In this document: in pieces, positions 43,583 through 55,700 of the stretch
How positions within the stretch are numbered: position 1 is the stretch's first letter
Layout of the letters: every line of letters begins with the position of its first letter
Assembly: GCF_000007005.1 (NCBI RefSeq)
Contig: NC_002754.1
Strand: one strand, 5' to 3'
DNA: 64,000 nucleotides
From: Saccharolobus solfataricus P2
GTDB lineage: Archaea > Thermoproteota > Thermoprotei_A > Sulfolobales > Sulfolobaceae
Program-made: the position numbers and the translations under genes
Notes under the pieces: generated by a model
The model's database searches: none
Seen by the model: the letters and a program-made list of their open reading frames with translations, nothing else
Told to the model about the DNA's origin: nothing

Positions 43583-44794
43583 GACGTTGTCCGATTTGAG
43601 CAAAATTAAAAACCATTATAATTACAACGTCTCATATTATACTATTCTTCATTATATTCAAGTATAAAGAATAATATAATATGTATTAACAAGAGAAAAT
43701 ACAGATAATTGTACAATTTTGCAATAAAATTTGCCATAACAACAAGTAAACACGTAAACGAACCTCGTTAATTAACGAGTACCTTCGTCCTAATCCTCGT
43801 CGAAAGAATTTCGAGATCACGATAGAGGTTAAGGAAGAATACCTCTATAACCACTCCCCTTAAGGTTGTAGACGAAGCCTTACCTTCCCTAATCTTAACA
43901 CCACTACCCTCAACCGGAAGCCTAGCACTACCAACACCCTTAACTAAGACGTCCTTCCTAGAAATCCAAGCCCTATCGGCCATTAACTTAACGTTATCAA
44001 ATGAAAAGGCTAGATCACTCAAATTGGCCAATCCAACCTTGAAGTCCCTAACGAAATTAGTCCTCCTTTCCACAAGGTTACAGACCTTAAACCCGAAGTA
44101 GGACTTACCGTGCTTCCTACCCCAACTACCCTTATACTTCCTAAAGGCTGTGAAGTTCTTGAGCTTGGAAGTAGTATAACCCATGAGGAGAAAAACGTCA
44201 TTGAACCCCATCTCCTTAAGGTCAAGTGAGATCTTCTCAAGACCGTTTTGAAGACTCCTCTTTCCAAGGTAAGCCTCACGGAAGAATGTGTCAATTATGT
44301 GGTAGTCCTCGAACCTATCGTTTTTTCTCTCCCAACTTCAAGTTCAAAGCCCTTTTCCCTATACTCGCTGATCACCTTGTCCAAAGCCTTGTTTAACTCA
44401 TCCATCAGTGTTGTTCTCATCGTCTCGCCCTCTTGAATAACTGTTTGTTGGAGTTTCTTGTAGAAGGAGAATACTGTGCTCTTTGGTGGAATTTTCCCGT
44501 CCAAGAAGTCCATAAAACTCTTACTGTCCCTAATTTCTCCCTCCAAGTTATTCCAAGAGATGTCGAAAATGAGCTTGATTAGGAGGACTTTGAGGAGTAA
44601 GATGACGTCCCACTTGGGCTTCTTGGAGTAAAGGGACTTAAGCTTACTCCTAAACGTTTCCCAAGGGAAGGATTTATCCACCTTGAGTAAGAGGTCCTTT
44701 TCAGTTGAAATTGCCTTTACCATAATATTATCTCATCCTAATTTCTTATTAATATTACTCATGAATTGCCATTTTAATCAACTTGGATAACGTC
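43583..44794 (-). mobile_element. ISC1212 copy 3, full length
   Basis: Exactly 1212 bp, TIRs, TSD TCGT; orfA and orfB are joined by an A6 run needing a -1 shift. Confidence 0.92.
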
Positions 44795-44901
44795 TCGTGT
44801 AGTACAAAATTGTCAAGAATCTTCCCTTATCATTATTTTTTATCATATCATAAGAAGACGATAAGCTAAGTGGTGGGTAAAGAAAAGACAACACAGTAGG
44901 T

Positions 44902-45199
44902 AAGACTGTAACACATTTGCATAACTTTTAAATACTTTTAATCATTTCACAATATGATCTTTATTATGATTATGTTTATATATTATTTCCTCTACATTAT
45001 AAATTGATGAACTCCATACTGATGACGGGCTATGCTCACGAGGTATTGGGGGCGACAAATACGGATGGGAGGGTAGTGGTGTTTCCCTCGACTAGCCCCA
45101 ATGAGTTGAGGGTGAGTGTGTATGAGCCCTCAAGAGGGGTGCCCGTGGCGGAATTAGAAGTGGTTAAAAGTAAGCAGAAGTTACGCCACGGGTAAACAC
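44902..45199 (+). repeat. dispersed element copy 2 (298 bp)
   Basis: Equals 7720-8101 minus an 84-bp in-frame deletion. Confidence 0.8.
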
Positions 45200-45249
45200 A
45201 TCTAATATCCTTACCTTACTAAACCGTTTTGCAATATACTTTGTACTAA

Positions 45250-45837
45250 TTAAAGCAAAAAATGGATTACCCATGAGAAAAGTAAAGACGTTAGTGGAGA
45301 GAAGCATAATAAGAGTGGAATTAAGTAAGGAATTTTATAGAAGATTAGGAGCGATGAGAGATATACTACTGCTGAAGTTTTATGGTCTATTTTAATTTTA
45401 GTCTCTATTAAGGTTGAAATTACACCAGCAACTATTAGGAAAAAGGCAGCATTACCATACTCAACATTCATGAAGACCCCTCCCAATATTAAGAGAAACA
45501 AACCCGAAGAGATCAACCCCCTCCTATCCAAGGCAAATGCTAATAACAATATAAGGTAATTTTCTGTAAGCATTGCGAAGAATGTGGAGAGTAAAAAGGA
45601 TATTGTAAATCTTTTATCTAGGAATAAAAGAGGATAAGGAATTAGTACAAGGAACGCATGTAATGATGAAAAAATCAAGAGAATCGAGGAGACAATAGGC
45701 GGGATGTATTTTAAACCTAGATAAGAGGCTAGGGCATAGACCAATATAATTGATAAATAGAAATATTGATTATGGAGCAGAAATGAGGAAAGGAATAGTA
45801 AAGTTCCAAGAATCGCCTCTTCTCTGAACTTTTCCAT
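45250..45837 (-). CDS. hypothetical membrane protein
   Basis: Very hydrophobic ORF. Confidence 0.6.
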   Translation of the reverse strand: MEKFREEAILGTLLFLSSFLLHNQYFYLSIILVYALASYLGLKYIPPIVSSILLIFSSLHAFLVLIPYPLLFLDKRFTISFLLSTFFAMLTENYLILLLAFALDRRGLISSGLFLLILGGVFMNVEYGNAAFFLIVAGVISTLIETKIKIDHKTSAVVYLSSLLIFYKIPYLIPLLLCFSPLTSLLFSWVIHFLL

Positions 45838-46047
45838 TTTACTTAAACTAAAGTAGGTTCACTTTAAAGTTTTATCTCGATGATGCTCTGTGGATTTGTT
45901 GAATTTTCACAAGCTGGACCGTTCCTAGGGAGTCTTAACACCAAACTTTTTCTCATACTTCACTAAAAAAGGAAGCAACAAGTTTTTCCTAAAATAAGCG
46001 GATATTATCACGAAGTGTTAATACCTAGTGTATAAGGGGTTTGGGCT

Positions 46048-47307
46048 TCATAGGATTTCATGATATTTAATATCAACCCTCAGCCCTTGGGCTTCACCGA
46101 AGTCGCGGACGTTCATCCCTCTCCGCCCCATTAGCGGAATAACCCCAACCCACACCCGTGAACGGATGTGAGGAAAACCGCACATCTTGAGATAAATATT
46201 CAGTGAAGCGTTCAATTGCCTATCCAACTTGAACCCACACCTCTCACACTCAAAGGTCTTACCAACCTTTCGGGATACAAACCTACATCTGGGGCAAGAC
46301 CTCGAGGTGAGGTACGGGTTCACTTCCTTAACGAAAGAACCGTAAAGCGGAGCCTTGTACTTCAACACTCTGTGTATACTCCTCCAAACAGTCCTAGAAA
46401 TCTTCCTCGAAAGAGAGTCATTAGCATCCTTAAACATACTCTCTTTGTTAAGCTTTTCCACAGCGAAAAACGTCATGGGGTACAGGTCCAACAAAGTGTT
46501 AACAAACTTGTGAACGAAGTCAAGAACGCGATTCCTCTCCCTATGCGAATACTTCCTCATCAACTCTCTCCCCCTCTTCGTGTGCTTAGATGCAAATGAT
46601 TGCACCTTAGCCCTCTTCACCTCCATGGAGTACTTAAGGGAGTACAACTGCTTTAGTGAGATTGTAACGAATTTCTCACCATCATAAGCATCTAGAGTAT
46701 AAAGGTTGGAGTCAATGGCCAGAAAGTTTAATGGTGTTACCCACGGTAACTTGTAACGAAATGGCAAATACACTTTCTCCTCCTTAATTATAGGTTCGCC
46801 GAGTTCCAACTCCCTAACCCTTCTTGAGAACCATGACTTACTCCACGAGAAGGTGATGTACTCATAAGGTCTTACAGTTATTCTAACGCTTTCCCCCACA
46901 ACCTTCCTCAAAGTCGTCTTTATCCTAACGTAAGCCTTCTTCACCCTTGGTTTTTCAATCGAAGCTCTCCCCTTTATAGCCCTTTTCCTCCACGATGTGA
47001 GGATCGAGAATGCGTCATTAATTGCCTTATCGACGTAGTGTGACGCGAGGTGATTGATCTTCTCCAACTCTTCCCTAAGTGGTTTGTACACTTCCTTCTT
47101 CTTCGGTAGTGTTATCTTGTAATTACCGTTCTTTCTTACTTGTATTTTTGTTAAATTCCACAGGTGGTCAATTGCTTTCTGTAGTAGTGTTCTGTATTCT
47201 TTAATTAATTCTTTGCTCTTCTCCCTCTCACTATTCTTGATGGAGTACGTGAAGTACACGTATTCCTCTTCCGGTTCAAATTTTCTAATTCTTAAGTTCT
47301 TCAACAC
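46048..47307 (-). CDS. tnpB: IS607 TnpB
   Basis: AIDSN, AVEKL, TSRSCPRC..CERC zinc finger, DRQLNAS. Confidence 0.9.
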   Translation of the reverse strand: MLKNLRIRKFEPEEEYVYFTYSIKNSEREKSKELIKEYRTLLQKAIDHLWNLTKIQVRKNGNYKITLPKKKEVYKPLREELEKINHLASHYVDKAINDAFSILTSWRKRAIKGRASIEKPRVKKAYVRIKTTLRKVVGESVRITVRPYEYITFSWSKSWFSRRVRELELGEPIIKEEKVYLPFRYKLPWVTPLNFLAIDSNLYTLDAYDGEKFVTISLKQLYSLKYSMEVKRAKVQSFASKHTKRGRELMRKYSHRERNRVLDFVHKFVNTLLDLYPMTFFAVEKLNKESMFKDANDSLSRKISRTVWRSIHRVLKYKAPLYGSFVKEVNPYLTSRSCPRCRFVSRKVGKTFECERCGFKLDRQLNASLNIYLKMCGFPHIRSRVWVGVIPLMGRRGMNVRDFGEAQGLRVDIKYHEIL

Positions 47308-47863
47308 ATTTCTTCACCTTCTCGTATTTATGACTCCTCATGCCATAGAGTTTCCCACTGAATGAGACTAGTATTGAGACTAAGTCTTCGACCAATTCTT
47401 CTTCTTTGTCCTCTTGGTTTATTACTACTATTTCACAACCATGTGCTTTGCACACTTCCTCTAGGATTTCGAAGCCGAATCTAACAAGTCTGTCTGGGTA
47501 AGCAACAACTACGCGTGATACTTCGTTGTTTAATATCATTCTTAACAACTTCAAGAACCCCTTTCTCTTCATGTTTAACTTGGAACCTATGTCAGTAATT
47601 ACTTGGTCGTATTCTTTGACTTGTTCCTCTAGGTACTTCACTTGGTTTACTAGATCGTCTTTTTGCGTGGAAGATGATACTCTGGCGTAAAGTATTACTT
47701 TTCTTTTTCTAATAATTCCCATTAGCCTCTCTACGTCTTCTTCTCTGAATCTCCATTTTCCGCTCTGTAGTATAACTGGTTTTATGTATCCTTTCTTAAC
47801 GTATTCTCTAAGTGTTGCATAGGATATTCCTAGTCTTTGGCATGCTTCCTTAGGTCTTAGCAT
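47285..47863 (-). CDS. tnpA: IS607 serine recombinase
   Basis: MerR-type HTH, LYARVSS, DRLVRFG. Confidence 0.93.
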   Translation of the reverse strand: MLRPKEACQRLGISYATLREYVKKGYIKPVILQSGKWRFREEDVERLMGIIRKRKVILYARVSSSTQKDDLVNQVKYLEEQVKEYDQVITDIGSKLNMKRKGFLKLLRMILNNEVSRVVVAYPDRLVRFGFEILEEVCKAHGCEIVVINQEDKEEELVEDLVSILVSFSGKLYGMRSHKYEKVKKCVEELKN

Positions 47864-48008
47864 TGTATAAGAGTTTGTGGCAAAATAATATAAACTTTAC
47901 GGTTTATCGGAAACTGTTGGCAACGGCTACGTTAGTTTATCAACAAAAGTAATACTTGATCTCAGTTAAAAATGATTTTTAAAGTGGCAACTCTATATAT
48001 TATTAGGT

Positions 48009-48527
48009 ATGCCAATTATAGTTAGGAAAGTTCATAAAAAGGATGATGGAAGTACTGTTTGGATTAGGATAGGCGAATCTCCTCCAGTGATAAAGGAGGG
48101 AAATGTAATTGATGGTGGGTTTTTTATAAGAATTGGTGACGATAAAAGTGACAAAATAATTAGATTATCTGATCAAGAGGCCTTAGATATAGCATACAGG
48201 ATAATAGAGGCTTATAGGAGGCATGTTAGAATTTACGCTAAACTGGACGAGCTTTCGTATGAACAGTATAAAAGAAGTAAGGAACTAGCAAAAGATGAAG
48301 ACGAAGAGGATATTGAAAAGATAGAAGAAAAAAAGAATCTGACTCCAGATAAAATTGAAGCGGAACTGATAAATTATTTAATAACTGCGGGAGGAGAAAC
48401 GACCTTAGATAAGGTTAGAGAAGATTTAGGAGAAGAATACGCTGCATACCTAAAAACGATGAAAAATAAGGGAATAATAATTGAGGGAATCAGAGTTAAA
48501 TTAGGTAAAGACTTTAAAAACACATAG
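48009..48527 (+). CDS. hypothetical protein, possible C-terminal winged helix
   Basis: 172-aa ORF with normal composition. Confidence 0.6.
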   Translation: MPIIVRKVHKKDDGSTVWIRIGESPPVIKEGNVIDGGFFIRIGDDKSDKIIRLSDQEALDIAYRIIEAYRRHVRIYAKLDELSYEQYKRSKELAKDEDEEDIEKIEEKKNLTPDKIEAELINYLITAGGETTLDKVREDLGEEYAAYLKTMKNKGIIIEGIRVKLGKDFKNT

Positions 48528-48598
48528 ATAATGGGAGGTCTCATACAGTCATCTTATTCTAATGGAATTAAGAGTTTCGTGAGCTACCCCGCCCTAAC

Positions 48599-50013
48599 CG
48601 GTAGACCCAAAATCACCTCCATAAAAATAAATCTATAGTATTAATAAGTGTTTCCTCAAAATTAAATATAAAATCCTTTAGATCAGATAAATCGTCTAGA
48701 AAGCAGAGGATGAGCAGCAATCTAAACTCCTCTCTTGTCATGCCGTTCTTAAACACGGTGTAAAGCGAGTAGAAGATCATGGCCAGCACGAAGATCAACT
48801 CGCGGAAGATGAACTTGGTGGAGCTCGTGAAGGGAAGGAAGGCCTTGATGTTCCTGTAAGACGTCTCAATGGGACTCCTAACCTTGTTGTACAACTTCAG
48901 CACTTCCCTCTTGGGTAGGTCGAGGTTGGTCGCCCTCGCGAAGTACACCACGATCTTCTTCCTCTTCTTAACGATTAGCATTTATAGGAAAATCGTTACA
49001 CTTTTACGTTACGTTAAAAATATATAACGAATCTTTCCTGGTTAGATGAAAAATGTTTATTGATAAGCTATAATATTAAGAAGTACAATGAAAGATATTT
49101 ATAAATACATGGATAAATATTTTGACTTTTTATGGTAAGGGAATATCCTTAAACTACTAAACGATTTCCTTACCATACACCAGGAGTCTGAACTTGACCT
49201 ACTCTTCCTTCTTATGCCTCTTACTGTTTGTCGTGTACTCTCCGTCGAACTCCTCGTAGATCTTCACGTCCCCCACAGGGACTCCTATCACGAACTTGAA
49301 CTGCGATATGAACTTGAGGACTTCCACGGTGTAGAATCCCGCGTCCAAGGTTACGAGTCCCACCTTGAGGCCCATTCCCACAATTTGCTCCATGAGGAAC
49401 TTCACGATCTCATCCTTGCTCATCCCGTTAACTTGGGGAACGAAAGCTAGGAGGAGCACCATATTCTGATACTTCGTGATCGCGGTAGCGTAGTTCCACG
49501 AGTTCCCCTTGGCTGAACTACCCAGTCCCTCCACCGGCTTACCATACCACGTCTTGGTTGTCCAGTCTATGGAGATGTCGACTTCCTTCACTCCCTTGAG
49601 TATCTCCATGGAAATCCTCCTCATGGACTCTAATAGCTTCTCGATCACCTCAGTTCCCTGCTCCTCCACGTAGTTCCTCACGGTCTGTGGTGACACGTTA
49701 TACCCTTTGGACTTGCTTTCCACGGAGTCGTTCCACAAGCACGCGAAGACCAGAACTCTCGATACCTCCTCAGCCTTTCTTCCCTTGAAGCTCAACATGG
49801 AAAGTAATTTATACCCTACTTGTTGTAGATTATTTTGGTGAGGAAGACCAGGTGTTATCACCTTGTCTTCACCACGTGATAATACCGGCTTCCTCACCTT
49901 AAATCTTTCTTCAATTAGTTGCGTTCTTATTAAAGCTATAAATTCTATTATTTTTCAGAATCTGATATTACCCAACCGAAATTATTTTTTGTAAAATGAT
50001 TTTGAGTCTACCG
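48599..50013 (-). mobile_element. ISC1225 (ISH3 family), inactivated by a TAG (49199-49201) and an SM2 insertion
   Basis: TIR cggtagac(c/t)caaaatca. 1415 bp minus 190 bp (SM2+TSD) = 1225 bp. IDWT and LDAGF DDE motifs. Confidence 0.85.
48976..49159 (+). mobile_element. SM2-type MITE (184 bp)
   Basis: 6-bp TSD AACGAT; imperfect TIRs. Confidence 0.9.
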
Positions 50014-50174
50014 TTTAGGAGGGGGTAGCTCACAAGATCGATATGCTTACGGAGATCATCATAATAGAATAGACATATTCTAATATTATTTTTATCAACT
50101 AATACTAGATTATAAACTTAATGAAAACAGTAGAGTGCTAAACTTAATAAGCTCTTAGGTTATATTATTACTCA

Positions 50175-50567
50175 GTGGTAAGTAGATATTATGATTGGCT
50201 GAGGCAAGCAGAGAGAAACCTTAAGTCTGCAGAACTCAATTTCGAAAATGGAATTTATGAAGAAACTTGCTATGAAGCACAACAAGTTGCTGAAAAATCC
50301 GTTAAATCCTTGCTAAGTTATTTCCATAAGGAGATGAGAGGACACTCTATTACTTTTCTTTTACAATTCTCATCTATATCTATTCCCGACTGGATATTAA
50401 AATGTGCACAAGAGCTTGATAAGAATTATATTCCTTCTCGATATCCTGATGTGTACGATCAAGGGGCTCCATTAGATTATTACAGCAAAGATGATGCTAC
50501 GTCTTGTTTAGAATGTGCTAGGAAAATTTTAGCTTGGGTGAAAGAAATTGTTGGAACGTCTATGTGA
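50175..50567 (+). CDS. HEPN-domain protein of HEPN-MNT module
   Basis: CYEAQQVAEKSVK, GHSI, YIPSRYP. Confidence 0.88.
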   Translation: MVSRYYDWLRQAERNLKSAELNFENGIYEETCYEAQQVAEKSVKSLLSYFHKEMRGHSITFLLQFSSISIPDWILKCAQELDKNYIPSRYPDVYDQGAPLDYYSKDDATSCLECARKILAWVKEIVGTSM

Positions 50568-50928
50568 AATATATTCTAAGTTTACTCCTAAGCTAGTTGT
50601 TATCTTTGGTTCTTATGCTAGAGGAGACTATACTGATCAGAGTGATATTGACGTTTTAATAGTTTCCGACGTCTTTCCACGTGATCCTAGAAAAGGTTTT
50701 GCAATAACTTATAGCATAGAATTTCCAAAGGTTATGCCAATAGCTATGAATACTCAAGTTTTCCTAAAGAAGTTAGAAGGAGGTTCTACGTTTATACTAG
50801 AAATCATAGAGGATGGGAAAATATTATGCGGAGACGAGGAATTCAAAAAAGAGGTTCTCAAAAAATATAGTGAAATTAGAAGAAAATTCAAGAGAAAAGG
50901 AAAGCTCTGGGAATATATGGAGCTGTAG
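50548..50928 (+). CDS. minimal nucleotidyltransferase (MNT)
   Basis: FGSYARGD...SDIDVL; overlaps the HEPN gene. Confidence 0.9.
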   Translation: MLERLCEIYSKFTPKLVVIFGSYARGDYTDQSDIDVLIVSDVFPRDPRKGFAITYSIEFPKVMPIAMNTQVFLKKLEGGSTFILEIIEDGKILCGDEEFKKEVLKKYSEIRRKFKRKGKLWEYMEL

Positions 50929-51147
50929 AGCTGGTAAAGATAGTTTCTCAATCAATCATCTTTTGATACAATCAAGATGAGATCTCTAGGTATATCATTA
51001 AACTCCACCCTACCGTTTATTATTACGAACTGGAAGTTCTCTAATGCTTCCTTGGCACTATCACTCTATTCATAATTGGTAAGATGACAGTTACTATCAC
51101 CTCTTTTCCGTATATTTTTCCCTTTTCTCTTAGCTTAGCAGGTATCG

Positions 51148-51500
51148 TTATCCCATACCTCTTGTTCCCATATTTATCTGTACCGTAACTAATAACCGCA
51201 AAGTAGTTTTTGCTAGGTATGAGGGTACATATCTGGATGGGCAATTCACGAAGAGATGTATGTGGTTTGGCATCACTTCAAGGGATATTATCTTACAACT
51301 AAGTTCTTCTGCAATAGATCTTAGAATCTCTTTAGTGTATTCCACATCTTCATCGACTAATGTGCTTCTAAGATACTTTGGCATCTATACGAAATAATAG
51401 TTACATAGGTACTTAGTATGTCTTGTGGATTTCAGTTTCTCGATACTTTAAAGTATTCAGAGTTTAAAAGGCTATACCCCTAGTAGGGGCGAGGCTTGTC
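51148..51500 (-). pseudogene. tnpA: IS200 HUH transposase remnant with end hairpin
   Basis: STRHTKYLCNYYFV*MPKY, EVMPNHIHLFV; hairpin cccctagtagggg at about 51477-51489. Confidence 0.8.
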
Positions 51501-51617
51501 TTCCTTTTATCATATTCTAAATTCCTCATACATTTCTTCTTTCCAATCGATAAGACTAGATGGAATTAATTACAAATCTTTGCATAATCTTGAAGTAATT
51601 CACAACTTTTAGGTTAA

Positions 51618-51748
51618 TGCTTAGTTGATATGTTGAATATTTCTACACCAAACCACTATTATCTTCCTTTCAATTAATCTCAAGGTCTACAATTTAGGCT
51701 TGTGAGATCTCTTAAACGTTTGCTAAAAATCAACAAGTCCACAAAGCA
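51618..51748. mobile_element. SM3-type MITE (131 bp)
   Basis: ISC1058-like TIRs; TSD ttaggtta(a/g). Confidence 0.85.
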
Positions 51749-51757
51749 TTAGGTTAG

Positions 51758-52815
51758 TACTTTGTTGATTTGTTCAATTTGTCTCATTAAAACGATATTG
51801 TATAACACTAATTTTTCAGTAATTAATATTTATTTCAACGTTCCTCTCAAGCTTACACCCTAATGCCCGGAGCCCTACCGACTACAGAATTCGCCAAGTG
51901 AACCATCCACGCGTAAGCCCAGAACTTGAGCTTAGCCTCAACTACTTGTCCAGCAAAACTTGTTGCCCTAACCGATTCCCCAAAAGTACGCTTCACCGCA
52001 GAGAACAAGGACTCGACCCTCCACCTAACGCCATAACCCTTCTCCTCCCTCCAACGATCATAACCCAACTTCCTAAACTCCCGCACAGCCTTACGTCTAG
52101 CAAGATGGCCCCTTTTAGTAGAAGCGTTCTTCTTGGGAGGAACTACAACCTCAACTCCGGTCTTGTAAACCTCATTGGCGTCATATGTCTTATCTCCATA
52201 AAACTTCTTGACCTTCTTTCCCTTATCTTGAAGATCCTTAACTGTTTTTACAGCGCTTTCAACCTCGTTGCTAGTGACCTCAGCGTTTATCACGTTGAAT
52301 TCGTTATTGTCCATTACTATCTCGATCTTGAGGAATTTTGAATCCCTAGTCTTACCCCACTTGGCAACAATGTATTGTCCTCCCGTGTTTGTGCTAATGC
52401 CTGTAGCGTCTGCAATTACTTCAAGTTCGTCACTTGCCTCGGGGAAGGTTATTTTCATGTTCCTCACTCTCTTCCATATTGTTGAGTAATCGAGGCTTGT
52501 GGGGATGATCTTCAATTGTTCTAAGGCTCTTAATACTCCTTCTATTGCTCTGTAAGGTAGGAAGATGTGGAGGAAGGCTAGGAATTCGTCGAACTCCTTC
52601 GGAGCTTTATACTTTGTCCTAGCGTTCCTGTTCTCCTCTGCTAATAAGTCCCACCAATGTTCGAATACGTAGAAGGGGAACATCAACTTATATCTAGTAA
52701 TGACGTTCTCGTCGTACTTGCTCCAGTCCCTCTTGTACTTACTCTTTCCCATAGGTAATACTTAAACGAATAATTTATAAACTTTTTGTACAATTCTGAA
52801 GCAATCCACAAAGCA
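51758..52815 (-). mobile_element. ISC1058 (IS5 family), intact 299-aa transposase 51853-52752
   Basis: Exactly 1058 bp, TIRs, 9-bp TSD TTAGGTTAG; ADATG, GDK.YD, RWRVES. Confidence 0.92.
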
Positions 52816-52859
52816 TTAGGTTAGGAAAAATTTATAAGTGTGTAATACACGTTTAACAT

Positions 52860-53348
52860 ATGAGTCAAGAAAACAATGAAAACAATAAGAAAACAATCAC
52901 AATAAGAGGAGTAGATGAGAAAATATATAGAAAGCTAACAGAAATTGCTAGATCTTCTGGTAAGACCATCGGGGAAGTTACCAATCAAGCCTTCAAGACA
53001 TTTCTAGACATCTCGGATGCTGCCAAAAGAACTGCTAGTGGAGTAGTTGAAAGTGGTAAGACGTTTATCGAAGGATTTAAGGAAGGAATGGGTAATTTGA
53101 TAATAATTTCCGACATAGATGAACTATCAGTAAACAAAGAGGAGATAATGCAAACAAGTAAACCCATTGCATTTAAAGGCATAAAGAAATTAAGCCTAGT
53201 TGGTATTTCAGATGACGATATAGAAAAATATATTCAAGAAATAAGTGATGTTGATGAGCTTATAATACCCTCAAGTGTCAATAAGTTAAAACTATTGCAG
53301 AAGTGTAGGAGGGTAAAAAGAGTCGTTGTGCAAAACAACCCCGTTTAA
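52860..53348 (+). CDS. hypothetical protein with N-terminal RHH-like motif
   Basis: KTITIRGVDEKIYRKL..ARSSGKTIGEV. Confidence 0.6.
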   Translation: MSQENNENNKKTITIRGVDEKIYRKLTEIARSSGKTIGEVTNQAFKTFLDISDAAKRTASGVVESGKTFIEGFKEGMGNLIIISDIDELSVNKEEIMQTSKPIAFKGIKKLSLVGISDDDIEKYIQEISDVDELIIPSSVNKLKLLQKCRRVKRVVVQNNPV

Positions 53349-53409
53349 GAAAATAATTGCTAAAATATTAGGGATCGCTTTTTTATGACTAAGATGCCTT
53401 TTTATTATT

Positions 53410-54546
53410 ATGATTCCAATAAGCGTTCTAGTAACTAATGCTGGTACAGTTTCATTTCACATTAAGGGCGAGTATAATAGGGATAGACCTAGTAAATTCA
53501 GTGACGTATTTAGACCAGTTGTAACGTGGAATCTCACAAGAAAATGCAACTTGAAATGTCTTCATTGTTATATTAACGCATCACCAGAAGGTGAGGATGG
53601 GTTAACTACAGAAGAGGCACTAGGGCTAATAGACGAGATGGCTGAAATGAAGATCCCATTAATTATAATGAGTGGTGGAGAGCCTTTAATGAGAAGGGAC
53701 TTCTTTGAATTGGCATCATATGCTAGGAGTAAGGGAATAAAATTAGCCTTATCAACTAATGGAACATTGATAAGCGAGAGTGTGGCTAAGAGATTGAAGG
53801 AATTGGATTTCTCTTACGTAGGTATAAGTTTAGATAGTTACGATCCGGAATTTCACGATAAGTTTAGAGGTCTAAATGGAGCCTTTAACATGACAGTTAA
53901 GGGAATTGGAAATGCAATAAACGTTGGATTAAACGTTGGACTTAGATTCACTATTACGGCTAAAAACATCCATCAAGTAGACGAGTACATGAAATTGGCC
54001 TTGAAACTGGGAGTTAAGAGAATAACGTTTTACCATTTATCAGCCAGTGGTAGGGGTAGGGAATTAAGGGAGTGGATGTATACTCTGGAGGAATATGTTA
54101 GTTTCATAAACAAAATGATTGATTATGCAATTAAGCTAAGTGGGAAGATAGAAATTGAGACTACACTAGGGCAATTTGATGGAGTTTACATTGCTAAAAA
54201 GTTAGCCAGAAATGAGGAAGAACTTGAAAAATACCTGAAATTTGTCGAAAATAGTGGGGGATGTGGGAGGAAAATGATCTCAATATATCCAAACGGTGAC
54301 GTTTATCCTTGTCAATTCATTGACTTTTACAAGTTGGGTAACGTTAGGGAAAAACCGCTTAAGGAGATAATTAAGAATATTCCAGACTTGTTCATAAATA
54401 CGGACAAGTATTTGAAAGGAAGGTATTGTGATAAGTGTGAATATAAATCTGCTTGTAAAGGAGGAGATAGAGCTAGAGCGTATTATTGGAATGAAGACAT
54501 TTACGGAGATGATCCGTTATGCCCTTTGAAAACGCTCCACATTTAG
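53410..54546 (+). CDS. radical SAM/SPASM protein, NirJ/AhbC-like
   Basis: [31 protein letters not shown]...C..C...CKGG.RARA. Confidence 0.85.
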   Translation: MIPISVLVTNAGTVSFHIKGEYNRDRPSKFSDVFRPVVTWNLTRKCNLKCLHCYINASPEGEDGLTTEEALGLIDEMAEMKIPLIIMSGGEPLMRRDFFELASYARSKGIKLALSTNGTLISESVAKRLKELDFSYVGISLDSYDPEFHDKFRGLNGAFNMTVKGIGNAINVGLNVGLRFTITAKNIHQVDEYMKLALKLGVKRITFYHLSASGRGRELREWMYTLEEYVSFINKMIDYAIKLSGKIEIETTLGQFDGVYIAKKLARNEEELEKYLKFVENSGGCGRKMISIYPNGDVYPCQFIDFYKLGNVREKPLKEIIKNIPDLFINTDKYLKGRYCDKCEYKSACKGGDRARAYYWNEDIYGDDPLCPLKTLHI

Positions 54547-55571
54547 TCTTCTGGGAAGTAACTAAAGCTTGTCCATTGAGTTGTAAACATTGTAGAGCTA
54601 ATGCCATAGATAAGCCATTACCAGGGGAGCTTAGTACTGAAGAAAGTAAGAAATTATTAGAAGATATAGCGAGATTTGGAAAGGTTGTTATAGTTTTCAC
54701 TGGTGGTGATCCGTTAAGTAGGAGTGATATTTTCGAAATAATGGAATATGCCAAATCGTTAGGATTAATAGTTTCAATAGCACCTTCCCCTTCTTATCGT
54801 TTAAGAGATGAGACCATGAAGATGATAAGTAATTACGCAAGATACATGTCAATCAGCATAGACGGAGCTACCTCACAAACCCATGATTGGTTAAGGGGAC
54901 TTGGTAGTTACAACTACGCTTTAAGGGGAATAGAGCTTGGATTAAAGTACGGGATACAAGTTCAAGTTAATACCCTAGTTTGGAAGAAGAGCTATAGCGA
55001 ATTACCTTTTCTAGTAAAATTGCTTAAAGAATTAGGAGTGAAAGTCTGGGAAGTATTCTTCTTGATTCCAGTAGGGAGAGGTGTAATAGAACTAGATATT
55101 CCTAAAGAGAAGTATAAAGACGTTATAGACTTCCTTGTCGAAACCACAAGATACGATTTAGTCGTTAGAACAGTTGAAGCTCCATTCTTTAGGAGAGCTA
55201 AACTTGAGTATACCCCAAGCACTATCAAAAGTAACGAGCTGGTTTCAAAATTACGTGAGCTGTTAGGTGAACCAGTAAAGGATGTTGATAAGAGTGTTTT
55301 ACCTACAAGGGATGGGTCTGGTGTCATATTTATCGGCTACAACGGCGATGTCTATCCTAGTGGTTTCTTACCATTGTACTTAGGTAATGTTAGGAAGGAG
55401 AGTATCGTCGATATCTATAGAAAATCAGAGGTTTTGAAAATTATAAAAGATGGACGGTTTGACGGAAAATGCGGTGTTTGCAAATTCAATAATATTTGTG
55501 GAGGGAGTAGGGCTAGGGCTTTTGCAGTGTATAATAATCCATTTGCAGAGGATCCAATGTGTCCATATTAA
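54519..55571 (+). CDS. radical SAM/SPASM protein, NirJ/AhbD-like
   Basis: [33 protein letters not shown]...DPMC. Confidence 0.85.
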   Translation: MPFENAPHLVFWEVTKACPLSCKHCRANAIDKPLPGELSTEESKKLLEDIARFGKVVIVFTGGDPLSRSDIFEIMEYAKSLGLIVSIAPSPSYRLRDETMKMISNYARYMSISIDGATSQTHDWLRGLGSYNYALRGIELGLKYGIQVQVNTLVWKKSYSELPFLVKLLKELGVKVWEVFFLIPVGRGVIELDIPKEKYKDVIDFLVETTRYDLVVRTVEAPFFRRAKLEYTPSTIKSNELVSKLRELLGEPVKDVDKSVLPTRDGSGVIFIGYNGDVYPSGFLPLYLGNVRKESIVDIYRKSEVLKIIKDGRFDGKCGVCKFNNICGGSRARAFAVYNNPFAEDPMCPY

Positions 55572-55700
55572 TACGCTTTTATTTTAAATTATTTTAAACT
55601 AATAATGAATGTGTTTAAAAAACTCTTATAAGTACTATGGGTTTAGAAATCGAATTAAGTATTTCATAATCGCTTAAAAACTTCAAATGTAAATATATAC

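Larger units (their letters stand above)
46036..47920 (-). mobile_element. IS607-family element (ISC1904/ISC1913-like); ends approximate
   Basis: Overlapping serine-resolvase tnpA and tnpB. Confidence 0.85.

Noticed and set aside
45884-47950. SM3-like MITE interrupted by the IS607 element
   Set aside because: Only one convincing end (tgctctgtggatttgttgaa); the candidate second end is weak and there is no TSD.
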